Shown here piece by piece: positions 36,747-51,400 of a stretch of 64,000 nucleotides of DNA. Position 1 is the stretch's first letter. Each line of letters begins with the position of its first letter. The position numbers and the translations under genes were made by a program. This DNA comes from Botryllus schlosseri (taxonomy: Eukaryota), in the NCBI GenBank assembly GCA_051294905.1, contig CM119372.1:25608001-25672000 (forward strand), given 5' to 3'. Under the pieces are notes generated by a model. That model made no database searches and was not told where the DNA came from. It saw only the letters and a list, made by a program, of their open reading frames with translations.

Positions 36747-38565
36747 ATTAATGGTCACAACACAACACAATGGTGCTTATGGCATTTTTAGGCATTGTGC
36801 ACCATGACACGAATTTCATGATGTTCATGGGGTGTCTGCTATCGTATTCTTGTGGACGCCGCTCAATCTCTATCGCAGTTACTCTTTTGCCTCTCGCACT
36901 CCATCGTGGTCTTTACTGCCGATTTGAAAAGCTCAGCTCACTTTTAAGTTGCGGAAAGATCGGCGATGAAGTGCCCCGATAAACCTCCGACATTAGTCAC
37001 AACCAATTGCGCCACCGGTCACAGGTCACACCGGAATAGACGGCAACGAAAACACTGATCAACTAGCTCGGGCTGTATCATGTCAATCGCGGGAACCTGG
37101 TATCGATATCCAAGACCGTATAACATTTTCCGAGGCGAAACCGGTAACTCGTCAGCTCTGCCGAGACCAATGGCGGGCCAAGTTAAGCGCGGGGGAGAGA
37201 GGGTGCCACTATCGGATGTTCCGGTAGCTCAAAAAAGTTTGGGAGACACTGATCTAGATCAGCAGCGGTGCCGGATTCCTACCCAAATCGCCTGTTTGAA
37301 CGAATCCTATTTCGCCTCCAAACCGGACGCTGTCGCCTAGCGACACCACCTGTTCAAAATTGGCTGGATGGCTGCGCCGACTCCTCACCGAGTAACGCGT
37401 GTCATGTCTTCAACACGGTTAGCCACATACTGCTGCATTGAAAATATATGATTTTCACCGGTCATTTCTTGCCGACGCGTGTACCACACTCAATATTCCA
37501 CTTACTTTAACTAACTCTGGCGCAATTATTTACCCCAATCGCCGAGTTTATTATTTCATGTAACACGTATATTTAGTTTGAAATTTCTTATATATCTTTG
37601 TCCCATAGCAGGAAAATTCGATCCTAGATGACATATTTCGTCCGAGGCGCACAAGACCGGAAATGGCGCACGCACCACTTAAAACTTGTGATTAAATATT
37701 AATAATAATAATAATGTGTCTGTTGCAATGTTAGTAACAATAATTCGTCAGATGGAGGAAGAGAGTCGTGATTTTCATTCGTCACTTACTATTTGGCGCC
37801 GTGAATGTGCACTATTCTTGTCATGTCATCTGCCGGAAAGCCTCTTACCGTCATATCCATCACCTTCTTCTAATTTGGGCCTCTGAATGTGTAACTATTC
37901 TTTTGTTTTACGACGGTATATAAAAGTGAAAATATCTCGATTTCGCATAACCAACCGTAATTATGTATCAACGAACTGCTGCCTGTCGCAAAGAATAACC
38001 AGGATGTAGCGAAGAGGTCATGGCGAATGTTGGAGCATGTTGGCCGAAACCTTTGATATTGATGTTCAGGCACTGAAATGGCGGGTGCCGAACAATTCTG
38101 TCCTTCCAAACTGAGCACCGCGGTACAAACGCACCCTGTGAACAAATGAGAATTTGGAATCTCACCAAAGGTGTTAACTGTTTCAGTTTTGTCTGGTACG
38201 AGTGATCGATACCAATATATTTTGAGTAGCGACAATCTATCCTGAAGGCTTCTAATTGACAGAACGGTCCAACAAAGTAACAATGGAACCAACCGCGAGA
38301 ACTCCATTGATTGCATTAACCATTTTGCATCAGTTCTACCGGTAAATCCGATCATGCATGCATGCAATTGCATAAGCAATATATGCTGGTGTCAATATTA
38401 TTGATGAAATTCCTTCATTAACTTTGCAAATTGTAACAAATAGAAATCAAATGCAACCTGATTTTTTAAGACATTAATATTAGCGATATTGCAGTGTGTG
38501 TCTGACGTTATCTGAATCAGTTCATGAATCGAGCAATGTAAATCTTAATTCGCGGCAGAAAGCAG

Positions 38566-38566
<1 letters not shown>

Positions 38567-38594
<28 letters not shown>
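38567..38594. repeat. (GT)n microsatellite
   Basis: Read directly. Confidence 0.9.
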
Positions 38595-38598
<4 letters not shown>

Positions 38599-38610
38599 TA
38601 CGTGTGTGTA

Positions 38611-39340
38611 TGGTTGCCCGACATATGAGCATGCGACACATTGGAAAACGACAGTTCAGCATGGGACACTTCAGCATGCGTCACTTCAGCATGTGATTCT
38701 ATAACCCAAAAACTTACCCTAACCCGAAACATAGCCTGAAATTAACCCCAAGCCTAACCCGAATTCAACCATAAATCCATCCCTAACCAGTAATTTAAGC
38801 CACATGCCCATGTGTTGCATGCCCAATTGTCGAATGCTATAATGTCGCATGCTCTTATGTAGGGCTGGGCACAATGATTCGAGTACTCGAATCAGAATCG
38901 AGTATTAATTTTATTGATTCGAGTCGAGTAGTAAAATACCATTTTTTTGAGTACTGAAATTATGCACTCCTGAAATTTACTAACGAGAATTATAGTTTTG
39001 ATACTATTTTCCACTGAGGTAGCCTTGAAACCTTGATTGGCCTACTATTCGCAGCATCGAGACATAGTACAAAGCTAAGAACGTTATTGGAAATAACACA
39101 TTTCCAATGTCATGATCATCCCACAACATTGTCAAGAAGTGCAATGAAACCGGTGTATGGTCGAAAAAATACCAAAGTATTTTTTAATGTGACGGATTAC
39201 AGGCATTATGTTCTTTGTGGTGGCATGGAAGGTACATATTCGAACTTTGACATAGTGCATTCAGTTGTGACGTCATAATGAGTGATACTCGACTCGAATA
39301 CTCGATATTGTCCAGCCCTGCTCATGTGTCCGTGTCCACG
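38611..39340. mobile_element. MITE-like element with AGCATGCGACA sub-terminal repeats and CCTAACCC-like core
   Basis: Inverted CGACA...GCATG / CATGC...TGTCG arrays. A related degraded copy lies at about 52340-52490. Confidence 0.5.
38860..39320. mobile_element. TAGGGCTGGGCA-family MITE
   Basis: TIR TAGGGCTGG / CCAGCCCTG. TSD CTCTTATG / CTCATGTG (6/8). Body matches 54734-55218. Confidence 0.8.
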
Positions 39341-40312
39341 TACTGTGTGTATGTCTTTGAATTGTATGTATAAAAGGTATTGATGAAATTCCAGGTAAAA
39401 GTATGGGGTCCGGGGGCGAAGTCCCCCACAAGTTTTGTTGATCACCCTACGTGAGCTCATGACCATCGTCTTGGTGGCTTTTATGGCCCTATTTCATAAA
39501 ATATTTGGCGACTCCATTTTTGTGACGGATCCGCTGACCTGTCGTCTGTTATATTACAGCGTGTTGAGTCATGAGACGAATCCGACGCCAGCTACCAGAT
39601 GATCTACTGATCAGTTTTTACGTCGACATTGCAGCAAACTCTTGTCATGTTAAACCTTGATGTGAATAATGATGGTATTTCTCAATTCGTGCAAATCTTG
39701 CTGTAATGCGATTACTTTTGAGTTGTGATAACGTTTGTATACTTTCAGTTCGCGGAGTCAAGATGTAGACTCGCATATCATCATATTCCGATTTCAGCGA
39801 TGCTCTCACATGACGTATAGCGGCCTTGATTATACCAGCAACATATTCAAACAACAACATCATATATCCGATTGTCTACGTTTGTGCAATAAGCGTGTTT
39901 TGGACTATTAGGCACAGATATTTCAGGGACGACCGGGGCACTTGAAGACATGAAGTTTCGGCCAATATGTGGCAGGGCAATGTAGGGCGGTGAATAGATC
40001 GGCAGCGATAGATCATTGGCCCAAAATGACCGTCGCTGGTTGACCAAAACCTTCGATATTGATATGTCTGGTCGTCGAAATGTTCAGAACTGCATTTCCC
40101 CGCCCTAATCTGAGCCCCGCAGTCATACAAACGCTATCCGCAGAGGAAATTTTGCAGGTCAATTCGAAATCGGGTGCGTCATTCATGTGTCATAGAGCTG
40201 CGTCGCGTACAAATGGTTGTCTCTTCGTTCTCGGTGTAGCACATCCGCGTAAAAACGTAGCACGCTATAACACTAAAATGCAATAATTTCGATGGTTTGG
40301 GTCGCTAGAGAT

Positions 40313-42561
40313 CAGGGGTCGGGAATCTTTTTCATCCGAAGAGCTATAGCGACCCTATATTTTCCATTTTAACTCCCAAAAAGCCATACATACATGTCAA
40401 CATCAATCAACCACTACGTCACAATTGAAAAATGGTGACATCATGGTAGCGCAAATTCGAAATCACTACACGGGATTCGTCGTTTGCACCATATTTTAAC
40501 TGTAAAAGCTCCTACTAATCATGCTGGTTTCCTTATTTGAGTAATGAGTATGCGATACTTGAGTTACATAGATCTTTTACAAATTTTATATTTTTAATTT
40601 TATTGCACTGAGGGGCATAAGACAACTAAGCTCAAGACAATAAAGACTTACCGGGGGGGCGCCCCTACAAGTATTTAACCGTAACTTATCGGGGGCTCCG
40701 CCCCCCATACCCCCCTTTGCATCTCTCACCACGTCAAGATGGGGCCATATCTATTATTGCATGTGTGCAAGGCTAGACTGCACCAAAACTAAGTAATTCT
40801 ACCGCACGCAGAGACGTGATGATTATCGGGATACGGGAATTTCCTAGCAAATGCAGAGATTTGATGATGATTGACACATCTGTACGGAATCATATTCTTG
40901 CTTGGTACATGGATTTCCATGTTTATTCGCTATTATCCTGAAAAAAAAGCGCATAAACCAAAGAGGGGGGGCCCTTCGACCAGGGGGGGGGGGCGGGCGA
41001 CCGCCCACCTCGCCCACCCCAAAAGCCACCACTGTCTTCAAGTACCGGTATAAATTATTCGAAGCATAAAGCAACGACAATGCAGCCTATGCAAGTAGCT
41101 ATCACATACCACAATGTAACGGAAAATAAATAACAGCTACATAAGTAAGTGAACGTATTTGCTCTGCATTACGTATTGGCCGTCGTTGCTATAGAATTCC
41201 TACAAGACAGTCAAGACTGTTGTATTCCGAAATCGATAGCTCGTTTCACTGCGCTGCGATTGTCCAATTGTTAGCGAATAGTGCATGAGGCTGATTAGTT
41301 TGTGCCTCACCTGGCCATTGTTTCTCTGCGATGGCATTGTCTGTAATAAAGACGAATGTCACCTTTCTGGGCGATTTTGAGGGGGTTCTGGTCGTCTGAC
41401 ACTGTTAATATTTGAATTTTCAGAACCAGTGTGACGATAGCATTTGATTGATACCAGTTGTTATGAATTCCGAGCTATTTATGATGAATTGCATTGTCGC
41501 AGGTGAGCCACGACCCGCCCGTGCCTCACCTGTGCCTCAACTCTCCTTTCGCGCTGTATTTTTGAATAATAATAATGCAAATTGATGATGTTGTGTGAAA
41601 AAATGTTTAAATTTAGTTATTTATGAACATCGATGTAAAATATCAATAATCATCGACTCATTGAGGGTTTTCACAATTTTCACTTACTCGCCCTGACGAC
41701 AGGTGAGGCACTGCCTCACCTGCCTCATTGGACCGCACGTCACTGTAATGTGTGATGCGTCAGTGACGGCTTCAGGGGAGGCAGTGCCTCACCTGTCTAC
41801 TAGATTTTGAAAATTTTTACTACCAAAATCACGCAACTTGCCTATTTATAGTTCGAAAATGAAGCGTGAAAGAAGAGGTAAGGCATAGGTGAAGCACGGC
41901 CGGGCCATGCCTTACCTGTGCTAGCGCAATTCATCGTAAATATCATAGAATATATAATAAATGATATTAATCGAATGTAATTGTCGCGCTGATTCCGATT
42001 CGACTTCTCAATTCTCAAAGTATTCGGCGATAACATAATGTTACGCCACACACCTCCATTTCAACAGCGACTGCAAAGCTACGCTGCCAATCAAGAACGT
42101 GAATAGTTATGGCGTTGTTTGTAATATGAATTTGTAATTGATAACGTCACTTCCACAACAGTTCATTTCTCGCCGTAGATCAGGAAGACAATGTGTATTT
42201 GAAAACTGCATTGTGTTGGAGGCGCCGCGATGTCTCCTAATAGTCTCTTTAATGATCAATCAAAGTATCGTGCAATCCAAGATTTAGTGGCAGGTCTATC
42301 GAGGGATATTGGTCGCCGGCGCGACAGCAACTTAAATTTGAGGATTTTGAAAAGGGGGGTCCGAGCCCCTGACCCCGAGTACGCCACTGTATTAACCTCT
42401 CACAGACATGTTTAAACTGCCACAAGAATAATTATACTGGTCGTGCTGAAGGTTTAATAACAAGTTGCTGCAATATTGATAAATCAAGCACAAAAATAAC
42501 AATTTCACAAAGAGCCATATCGTATGCCCAAAAGAGCCATATATGGCTCGCGAGCCATAGG
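40313..42561. mobile_element. hAT MITE (GGCTCGCGAGCC family), one TIR lost, with nested CAGTG-terminus elements
   Basis: Left end CAGGGGTCGGGAA. Both ends align in inverse with 44267-45192. Confidence 0.65.
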
Positions 42562-42825
42562 CCATATAGATGCTATACTACAACTCAGATCATGGTCACG
42601 GGCTAAAAGTTCAAGTACCACTGGTGTATGGACTTGATAATAAGGCCCGTACTGTTCTATCGGCATGGATCCACCTGTTTACATTTCCAAATATCTTCCT
42701 TTGGAGGCGTAGATTGGTCCCACTAATAGGATGTGTTTAACCGCCTGTTCTATACCATGCATGTGTCAATGTTGGGATTAAGTCACTGCCTTCGAGTTAC
42801 GATTCATCTCGAGTCATCGCACACT

Positions 42826-42920
42826 TTGACTCGAGTCAAGTCAAGTCAATCGATTTTCGAAGGTGACTCGAGTCAAGTCAAGTCAATCGATTTTCGGAGG
42901 TGACTCGAGTCAAGTCAAGT
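42826..42920. repeat. Tandem 38-bp GACTCGAGTCAAGTCAAGTC repeat (about 2.5 copies), sub-terminal array of a MITE family
   Basis: The unit tgactcgagtcaagtcaagtcaatcgattttcg(a/g)agg repeats. The same motif occurs at 4411-4560, 53780-53900 and 56160-56280. Confidence 0.85.
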
Positions 42921-43341
42921 TTAATTTTCAAATTACGAGGCATAATTCAAAGTTACTGCATTTTGTTAGCTGTTTTAAATACAGACGAAGTCCCCATTTA
43001 TTCTGAATCGAGGGACGAATAAAGAGTTGAATATACACGTATTCCTACCTAAGTCTTGGAGGTTTATCTAGGCTCCTCCTCGCCATCTCATACCGCGAAA
43101 GCGGTTTCTTAAAAAGTGGGCCGTGCTACAAGTCGGCAGTTATGGAATAAAGAATAAGGAATATCGGCCTGGTGTGAATGACCACTGTAGTCGACAATCA
43201 CCATGAATACCACAAACAACAACAATAACATTCACGCAAAACGTCGTTTTATCGCTCACGCAAACGTGGAACTGCTGCTAAACTGCACAAGTATCGTTAT
43301 TGCCCCAGCCTATATAATTATCAACCAAATACAGCATAGAT

Positions 43342-45493
43342 CAGGGGTCGACAACCTTCCGTATGCAGCGCGCCAAAATATAAAAATGTCAAAATATTAC
43401 CAACTGGCATGCCAAACATTTTTAATTTTGCCAAGCGTTTCAAGCAAGGAATCCAATTAATTAACCGCTTATCTGCAGCAGGCAACGACATCTGTTACTC
43501 CAGTGATTCTTTAAGGATTGTTCGCGAAGATTATAAGGTTATTCGCACTAAAACGTATCGCTTAATGTACCTAATATTTACATCATTTATTTTTAGTCGC
43601 GCTATGACCGATCTTTTGTGGTTGCTTTGGTCGTTTTTCAAGTCCACTATGTTCGGTACCATAGTCAATAAGCGACAGACCCATCAATGTCGTTACGATG
43701 ATATGACCTGGCGATGACAAATGTGCCCACCCCTGTATGATACAAGTCGGTTTGATGTCACATTAAGGTTAGTCTAAATTGTCTGTAAAGCTCCAAAGGC
43801 CGAAAGCGGTCAAGGTCGTCGCTGCCCAGATATATTGGAATCGGTTGCACGTACCATTAGTGAGACGGGCACGATTACAAATTCGAATTTCGACGCGGGT
43901 CTCATTATTTTCCTTTGCGAATCTCATTTAATACGTGCTGCAGAAGCTGTGGGCGCTGGACAGTAGACATATCAATGTCGATCGTCTTGGCCAACACATA
44001 TTTTATCGCCGTTAATCATTTTCGCAGCGCACAAACAGCACGGAGTCGCATGGCCGCACGCTGCCCGAACCGTTATGCCTAGGTCGTGTCTCCCAGCGTA
44101 ACAATGATTCATATAATAATCGCGCTTCCGCAGGCTGCACATTGCACGCTGACTAATGCATACAAATGGTTTCATACGATATTAGGTTGCCGTTCTTTCG
44201 TAATTGCTGATATGGTTGGACTGATTTATGTGCATTATGCATATTTAAAAAAATATACATATATATCAGTGGTTGGGAACCTATGGCTCGCGAGCCATAT
44301 ATGGCTCTTTCTGGTATAAGATATGGCTCTTTGCCAAATATTTATTTTTGTTCGGAATTGATCAATATTACAGCGATTTGTTGGTAAATTTTCATCACGG
44401 CCAGAATAATTATTCTCGTGGCAGTATAAACATGTCTTCGGGAGTCAAAGACAATGCCTTCTTCAGGTTTAGGGGCTCGGACCCCCTCTTTTCAAAATCA
44501 TCAAATTTAAGTTACTGTGACGTCGGCGGCCAATATCACTCGCGAATTCTATGTATACGACTCGAAATCTTAAATTGTGCGATACGTTGAATAATCGAAG
44601 AGCATATAGCAGACATGGCGACGCCCATTTCAAAGCGAAGTTTTCAATTACGCATTGACTCACTGATCTATGGCACGAAATGAACGGTTGTGGATGTGAC
44701 ATTACAAACTCGAATTACAAATAACGTCATAGCTACCCACGTTCTTGATTGGTAAGTATAGCCCTGTGTAGCACCGGCGATAAAATGTAGGCGTGTAGCG
44801 CAACGTTCTGTTACCGCCGAATACTTTGAGAATTAAGAAATCGGTAAGTATTTAGATTTTCGGAATCAGTGTGACAGTCACATTCGATTAATATCAGTTA
44901 TAATAAATTCTAAGCTACTTACGATGAATTGTGTTATCAATGGTGAGACTTGGCCCGTCTGTGCCTTACCTCTCGGTTCGAGCTTTACTTTCGAACAAAA
45001 AATACCAGTTTTATAGAGAAAATATTGCGCGTACGAGGAATCCCGTGTAGTGAGTTCGAATTAGTACTATCATGACGTCACGACTTTTCAATTTTGACGT
45101 AACAGTTGATTGGAATGTATGGCTCTTTGGGAGTTGAGATGAAAAAATAGGGCCAATATGGCTCTTCGGACAAAAAAGGTTCCCGACCACTGATATATAT
45201 ATAAATTGGGGATTCCCACATTACAATCAATAAATCAGGTCCCAGTAAATCTCGCGAAGCGCGGATAAGATTTTCAAGAGAAATATAATCTGCACCAAAA
45301 GACTCTATTTTATGTTGATTTACGAAATAATTTTGGGTCGCCTACGAGCTTTGTACATTTTAAAAACATCAGTTTACCTTTTTGCGAAAACATAGTTTTA
45401 ATATGTCATATGGTGCGTCATACCATTTGGCGTTCCATGAAAAATCATCCCTCGCGTCCAAATGGCACGCGTGGCGGAGGTTGTCGACCCCTG
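43342..45493. mobile_element. Non-autonomous hAT element, CAGGGGTCGACAACC termini
   Basis: 15-bp perfect TIR. TSD GCATAGAT / GCATATAG (partial). Confidence 0.8.
44267..45192. mobile_element. hAT MITE (GGCTCGCGAGCC family) nested in 43342-45493
   Basis: TIR CAGTGGTTGGGAACC / GGTTCCCGACCACTG. TSD ATATATAT on both sides. Confidence 0.9.
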
Positions 45494-48400
45494 GCATATA
45501 GCTTATGAAAGGTCGGAAAGTTGAAAAAATTGATATATTGCAATATCAGTGATATGCGTATCAGTGATATACAATTTAAGGCTGCTTCCTTATAAGAGCG
45601 CAAACAATATTCACTCGGTTTAATCACACGAGAGGGTTTGTTATATGAGAACACGGCACTGTAAACAGTTTATAGAACAGAGATACAATGCCTTTAGATT
45701 ACCTTCCTACTGCTGTCTGTAATCTCTGATCACTGCGTTTACGATCAATTTATTTGTGATATAACGATGAAGGCTCGGTGGGGCAGCTACGGCCCTGTAT
45801 CCATCATTGTTCCACAGAGGAAGGTAGTTTATGAAACCACGAGTTGCAATACAACAGTAAAGCTACCGATGATTAATTGGTTTATCTTACATAAATAGCG
45901 CCTCTTCCAAATTGTAGAATCCATAATTACATAAAAGTGCCGGAATGTGTAAATGATCGTGATGAATTTGGAAGGGATTATAGGACATCGGACGTGACAT
46001 CGGACGGTGAAAAATTGTGCCGTTTTACAAGATGGTTACTACGAGTAACAGTGACGAGCATCCAAATTACCTAGGTTCGCGTGCGAAACCCCATCATGAA
46101 CATGGTTTACTTTACACCATACCTATATGTTATTAAACTGATGACATATGCAATTTTATCACGGACGCCCTGTTCGTCGACGTTTCATAAATTAAAATAA
46201 AAAGACTCGGGTGGCGTTCGTCGTGGGTATAGACGACTAGCTGGACAGTTAATCTATTAAATTGACAGCGTTTCTTGGTAGCCAGACTATAATCCAGCTA
46301 ACAAATGACCTGACTTCAGTTTTTACATTGTAGCGAGCTCTTGCCTTGTTAAATCGAGATGTGATCCTCTTATGGGTGTTACCTAAATAGTGCAAACTTT
46401 CGTTTAAGGCGATTATGCCCGCAGTTTCGAAACTGGGCGTCCGAATGTGTCGCGAGACATTGCAAAGGCTCCGCCGAAGCATATGGAAGTTCCTGCACGG
46501 TTCTCTTCTTTCAAGTATCGGAAATGCAAACGCTGCAAAGGGGTGATTCACCTAATTAATTCAGCACGTTCAAACACCGATAAGACTCCTTTCTTGTGTA
46601 CACGGTTCTGTCTATCGGGCTTTCATTATATTTGGCCTAAAAAATGTCATAGTGGCCGGCTTACGTCGATGAAATTCACATGCGTGCAGAAACATATACT
46701 ACATTCCACAACTCATTTTTGAGACCGAGTTAGATTAACACCACGATAATTTGAGGAAATCGGACCACTAAACATCTCATTTCAAGGAAAATGTGCTCAC
46801 ATGACAGGTCGAATAAAATTGAAGTTATGCAAAACTGATCCCATGATACATTTTCCCACTATTAAGTCCTATGACGACTCACAATTTGACAATATCTCTG
46901 GAAAAATACCGCTGAGATTAATACATCGACTAATGATACGTTTTCATTTGGATGCTCGCATCTAAACATTTTGCGCCTTCTTCCCCGGAGCAGTGGTCAA
47001 GGATAGACATCCGTCTGTGCATAGCGTAAATTCCCTTCGCGATCGTGGCTTCTGACTCGCCGTTTGTAACATCATTCTTCTGCGAAACCTATATTGCCGT
47101 AACAGTAAATAATTCTAATTACCGCATTGAATTGATATCGCGACGTGCGCATTGCAATACGAAACATTTTGCAATGGTTTGAAAAATTGTGCAAAATCAG
47201 CAAGCACATTGTCAAATGAATTCGGTGATGTGTATTTTAAGCGAACAGGATTTGGTAATATCATGTTTAGTGCTATAATATTGTAATTTTAAAAATTTGG
47301 AATTCATTCGGGCTCCGCTCTATGCATTTTGGTTGGATGAAAATAAAGACTCTCCCTCTCTCTCTCTCTCTCCGCGAATCTTGATAAATAGTCTGTGAAG
47401 TTCTGGAGTCGAATTGTCCCAGTATTGCTCACTATAGACACCTATACCTACCTTCAATGCGAGGACTTTCTTGTACTACCTTTTAAGAGGTCAAATAGCT
47501 CATTACAACGACGATGTCAGGATCTATATCTTGCATAACAGAAAAGTACATTGGTTTCAAAAATGTTTATACACAGTTGGCTCAAAAAACGAGTTTGGGA
47601 CGAGATGCACAGTGTAAACGCGGCGTCGATAACCAAACGATGTTCTTTCTTTTCGTCGGGCTTCGAAGCTAAATTTACGGCCGAGGCTTAGACGCAAGTT
47701 TACAACACTGAAATGCTGCAACTGTGCAATTATCCAGGGCCTTTCCAAGACGCTCTGTAAATGGGTGCGGTTTTCACTCTACGTTTTAAAGCGATTCATA
47801 GAGCCGTTAGTGATCGCCAGAGAGTTGCAGACTACCCTTTCAAAGTACCGCCTTTCTCGACATTGAGGTGACGCAGCGCTTTAACTGCGATTTACCTGAC
47901 ATTGCGAGCTGTCTCTGTCTTGTTAGACATATCAACCAGACAACGGAACTGGTATTTTTATCCGCATTCGATGAGCATTGCTATCCTCAAACAGATCTTG
48001 GAAATGTGCAATTCATTGCACATGTACACATTTAGTACCCCTATCATTTTGAGACTGTCTATCAAACTCGATGATTAAACTCCGTATTATGTTGTTGATG
48101 CAAAACGTGATACATTCCAAAAAAGATCGTTAATCGGTTTAAAGAAACTCACTTTTAATATACACCAGTAGGATGGATTCCGTGCTAAAATTCTAGCCAA
48201 GTATCATCTTGTACAGGGGTATGTGATAATGTGGAATCACAGCATAATTTATTATAAATGATGACGTTCCAATTTCTGTAGAATATCTATAATGTATATT
48301 TCTGCCACATAGTTAAAATTAGGGCTGGGCACAACGACTTAGGTTCTCGAGAAGGCTATCAATTGTGATGATTGTCGATTCACGAGAGTCAATTATTTTG

Positions 48401-51400
48401 AGCAATACGATTTCACGCTATATTATTCTAACAAAAAAAATATAGTTTCAATACTTTATCGTCACCGTTGGAGCCTCGGAACCTCTGTATTTCCTATCTC
48501 AGCACCGTAAGGCATATTGCACTGTAGTATCAGAGTATCAGTTTATAAATAATTTCATTATTTCAAAACTCACAAGACTGCGATACATTGAAAAAATATG
48601 AAGGTGTCGAAACGACACCCACCAGACTATACGAATATTCATGAAACGGTGATTTAAATCAAGTAGGCCTGGTGATCGACCCTCACAACGTTAAACAAAA
48701 CGCTACGAGATATTCATGGTCCAGAAGCACGAAATCGACGTGCTACTGGCATCATTTTCTTTGTGGCCTGGCCGTAAGACACTGCTGTTTTTTTTACCCA
48801 AATCATGTTCTGCAGTGTGCACGTTTGTCTGTTGTGTTTTCATGATATGTGCACGTAAATGATAAGCTACGCCAGGTCATAGCCAGGTAACACCAGGAAC
48901 ACATGTTGATGATTTTGATGTTCTTCGAGTCTCTCTCCCTCTCTCTCTCTCTCATGCGCCCTTCATCGGGTATTTGCTGCCGACTTACACCTCGGAGCAC
49001 TATCATTTCTGAGCCTTTTGAGTCGCTACAGTTGCATTTAGGTCGGCGATGAGGAGCCCACATCAACCTCCGACACGTCGAAACTGGGCAGAACCATTGG
49101 TGTCGTGACGGTGTCGATTAGCAGTTAGCACACTACCGACTCCCGACTAATTGGTCGAACAGCTCTCATAGCAACAGAAGTTGCAAATGTGTCCGAAATC
49201 ACCTTGAACAGATAGGCGAACCCGGAATTTACATTATAAATTTTGAACGGAGCAATAACCGCGTATAAGGGAGTGTTGGCACTTGACACTCAGCAGTGAA
49301 CATCAATGATGTATATTTCAATTAGGAACTGTTCTGCCATGATTTGATTCTTTATGTACTTTCACCTTGCCAAGTGAAGAAATTCTTCTACTTGTTCGCC
49401 GCCCTCAAAAGCTTTTGAAGACGGGGATATACTTGATTATCTACATGGTAAGTGAAATCCACAATTCAGATATCTTCTCCCAAGCAAACGGCATTTTAAT
49501 GTTCTCCGTACATAGCCTACGTAACTTGTACTTCACACAGATTGCAGGAAAGAAAGTTCCACGCAAAGTCGGCGTTGCCTTACGCACCGAGTGTTAATGA
49601 CGTAGAACGTGACGTTATGACGTCACAGTACTAAAAAGTAATGCTCTATTTTTGCGACCGCTACTGCAGTCAAACTTGGCCCACGGCGTAGCCAACGTCG
49701 ATTACACGACGTAATCCGAAGACGGTGCCAATTATACCGTACACCGCAATGTCTTCTAATCATGCTATAGCGTTGGAGCGTTTGAAAACACCGTTGTACC
49801 GATTACGATCACTAATAGACGGGCGCATGTATATTGTGAATATATAGTACCTGGTATACCTAATACTACCGTATAAAACATAGTAACTTGATAAATCCAC
49901 GTCATCCAAAACTTATTTTATATTGTATAAGAAACCTGTTGCGGCGTCCTGCACCATACTATTGCATAGACGGTGTGTTACGATAGCACGACACAAAATT
50001 TAACAGAGACGATTAAAGTCGGTAGCTTTTTCATATGCATATTATATTGTGACGTCATAGTTGATTTATAATTACAATTGACATCGGGTAAATGTAGCTT
50101 CTCTGACGAAAGGCTTCGAGCCCCCGTCATATAAGGACCAGAAATATCTTTGACCAGGACTACATCGTCTTGCAGCAATTTTACGGTCGGCGGTCATCAT
50201 CATCAGAACATTCATTCCGTACATTTACAATGATCTATATTCTATATCTACGTACTATAGCTGTTGAACCGGCTATTTCGAGGTTTCCAACCATCCCATA
50301 TCGTATACGTTGGCTATATCGGGCGGTAATCGTCGTCCGTAGGCTCATACAACATGTTTTTGGAAAGTATTCACACAATTATGGCATAATTATACAACTT
50401 GAAAAAACACAATTTTTTTTAAAAGGCTTTTGTAAACACCGTTTAAAACACGTTTCAGACAAAGTTTTTTAAACAATCATTTGTTTTAAATGCAACCCTA
50501 TTTACAACTGTCTGAGTCTTAGGTTGAAAAATCGCATGCAAAGATTTTGGAGACAGACTTGTATTGGATTCCGACATTGTAATAATTTCCTATCATCAAT
50601 TCATTATTGTGACATACATCCTACAGGAATTTGGACACGATACCAAATGAATATCGGGGCTTATCATCGAAGCTCGAATCTTTAGCGGGAATTGAAATAA
50701 ATATTTAAGCCGATAATCTCTGCAATCAAATTGGAAAGAAGGCTTTGCGCCGATATGCCGCGCACACTCTTGTTGTTGTCCCTGACATTCCTATCTTATG
50801 TATTGAAATACAAAAACACCGATGACTTTTTGTCAAAATAAAATAAGGAGGCTTTGAATTGAACGATTAATTGCGGATAAAACAAGAGCGATGATATGAT
50901 CTCACGTTATAACCTGTAATGGCTAAGGGGATTTCATACCAGCATATCATGGCCTATGGAAAAACAAAATATTTGAGAAATCAAATTCCAATTTGATTCC
51001 CAATTCTTTAACAGTTCACTGAATCCAAACCACAATGTACACTGTACAAAGTTCAGTTCAATCCATTAATTATAATTTCACTATTTCAAAACGCCACGAG
51101 ATTGCGATTAAAAGAAAAGAGAGGAAGTAGGCGAAGCGACTCGTAGTAGTCAGACACCCCTGACTTAAACGCCAAAATAAGAGGTATGCACAATTGCACT
51201 AGCACACGTTTGCTTGAAAACCAATCTTCCAAATGTTGAATGTTGGTTGGCGAATGCACTGCTGTCGAAGCGTAACCTACCTCGCTAGATGGCGTATATC
51301 AGGAAGAGCACACGAGGCAGCCAGCGTCTGGCATCGTGCACTGTGCTTTTGTATCTGAGATTTAGCGTGCTTGCGGTTATCAAGTCGACAAAGATCACGT

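Noticed and set aside
37870..38379. 169-aa - strand ORF
   Set aside because: Non-ATG start, no recognisable motif, no supporting splice structure.
38700..38790. CCTAACCC telomere-like repeats
   Set aside because: Degenerate, short and internal to a MITE-like element.
39645..40270. Possible second Penelope-like remnant (YIALPHIG, AAIRH)
   Set aside because: Motifs are too decayed to support without a profile search.
42826..42920. Regular short direct repeats resembling a CRISPR array
   Set aside because: The intervening sequences are nearly identical rather than unique spacers, there are no cas genes, the context is eukaryotic, and the motif is a MITE sub-terminal array seen elsewhere in the window.
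46250..47372. Possible LINE remnant ending in AATAAA + (TC)n
   Set aside because: The tail is suggestive but I could not recover convincing RT motifs upstream.
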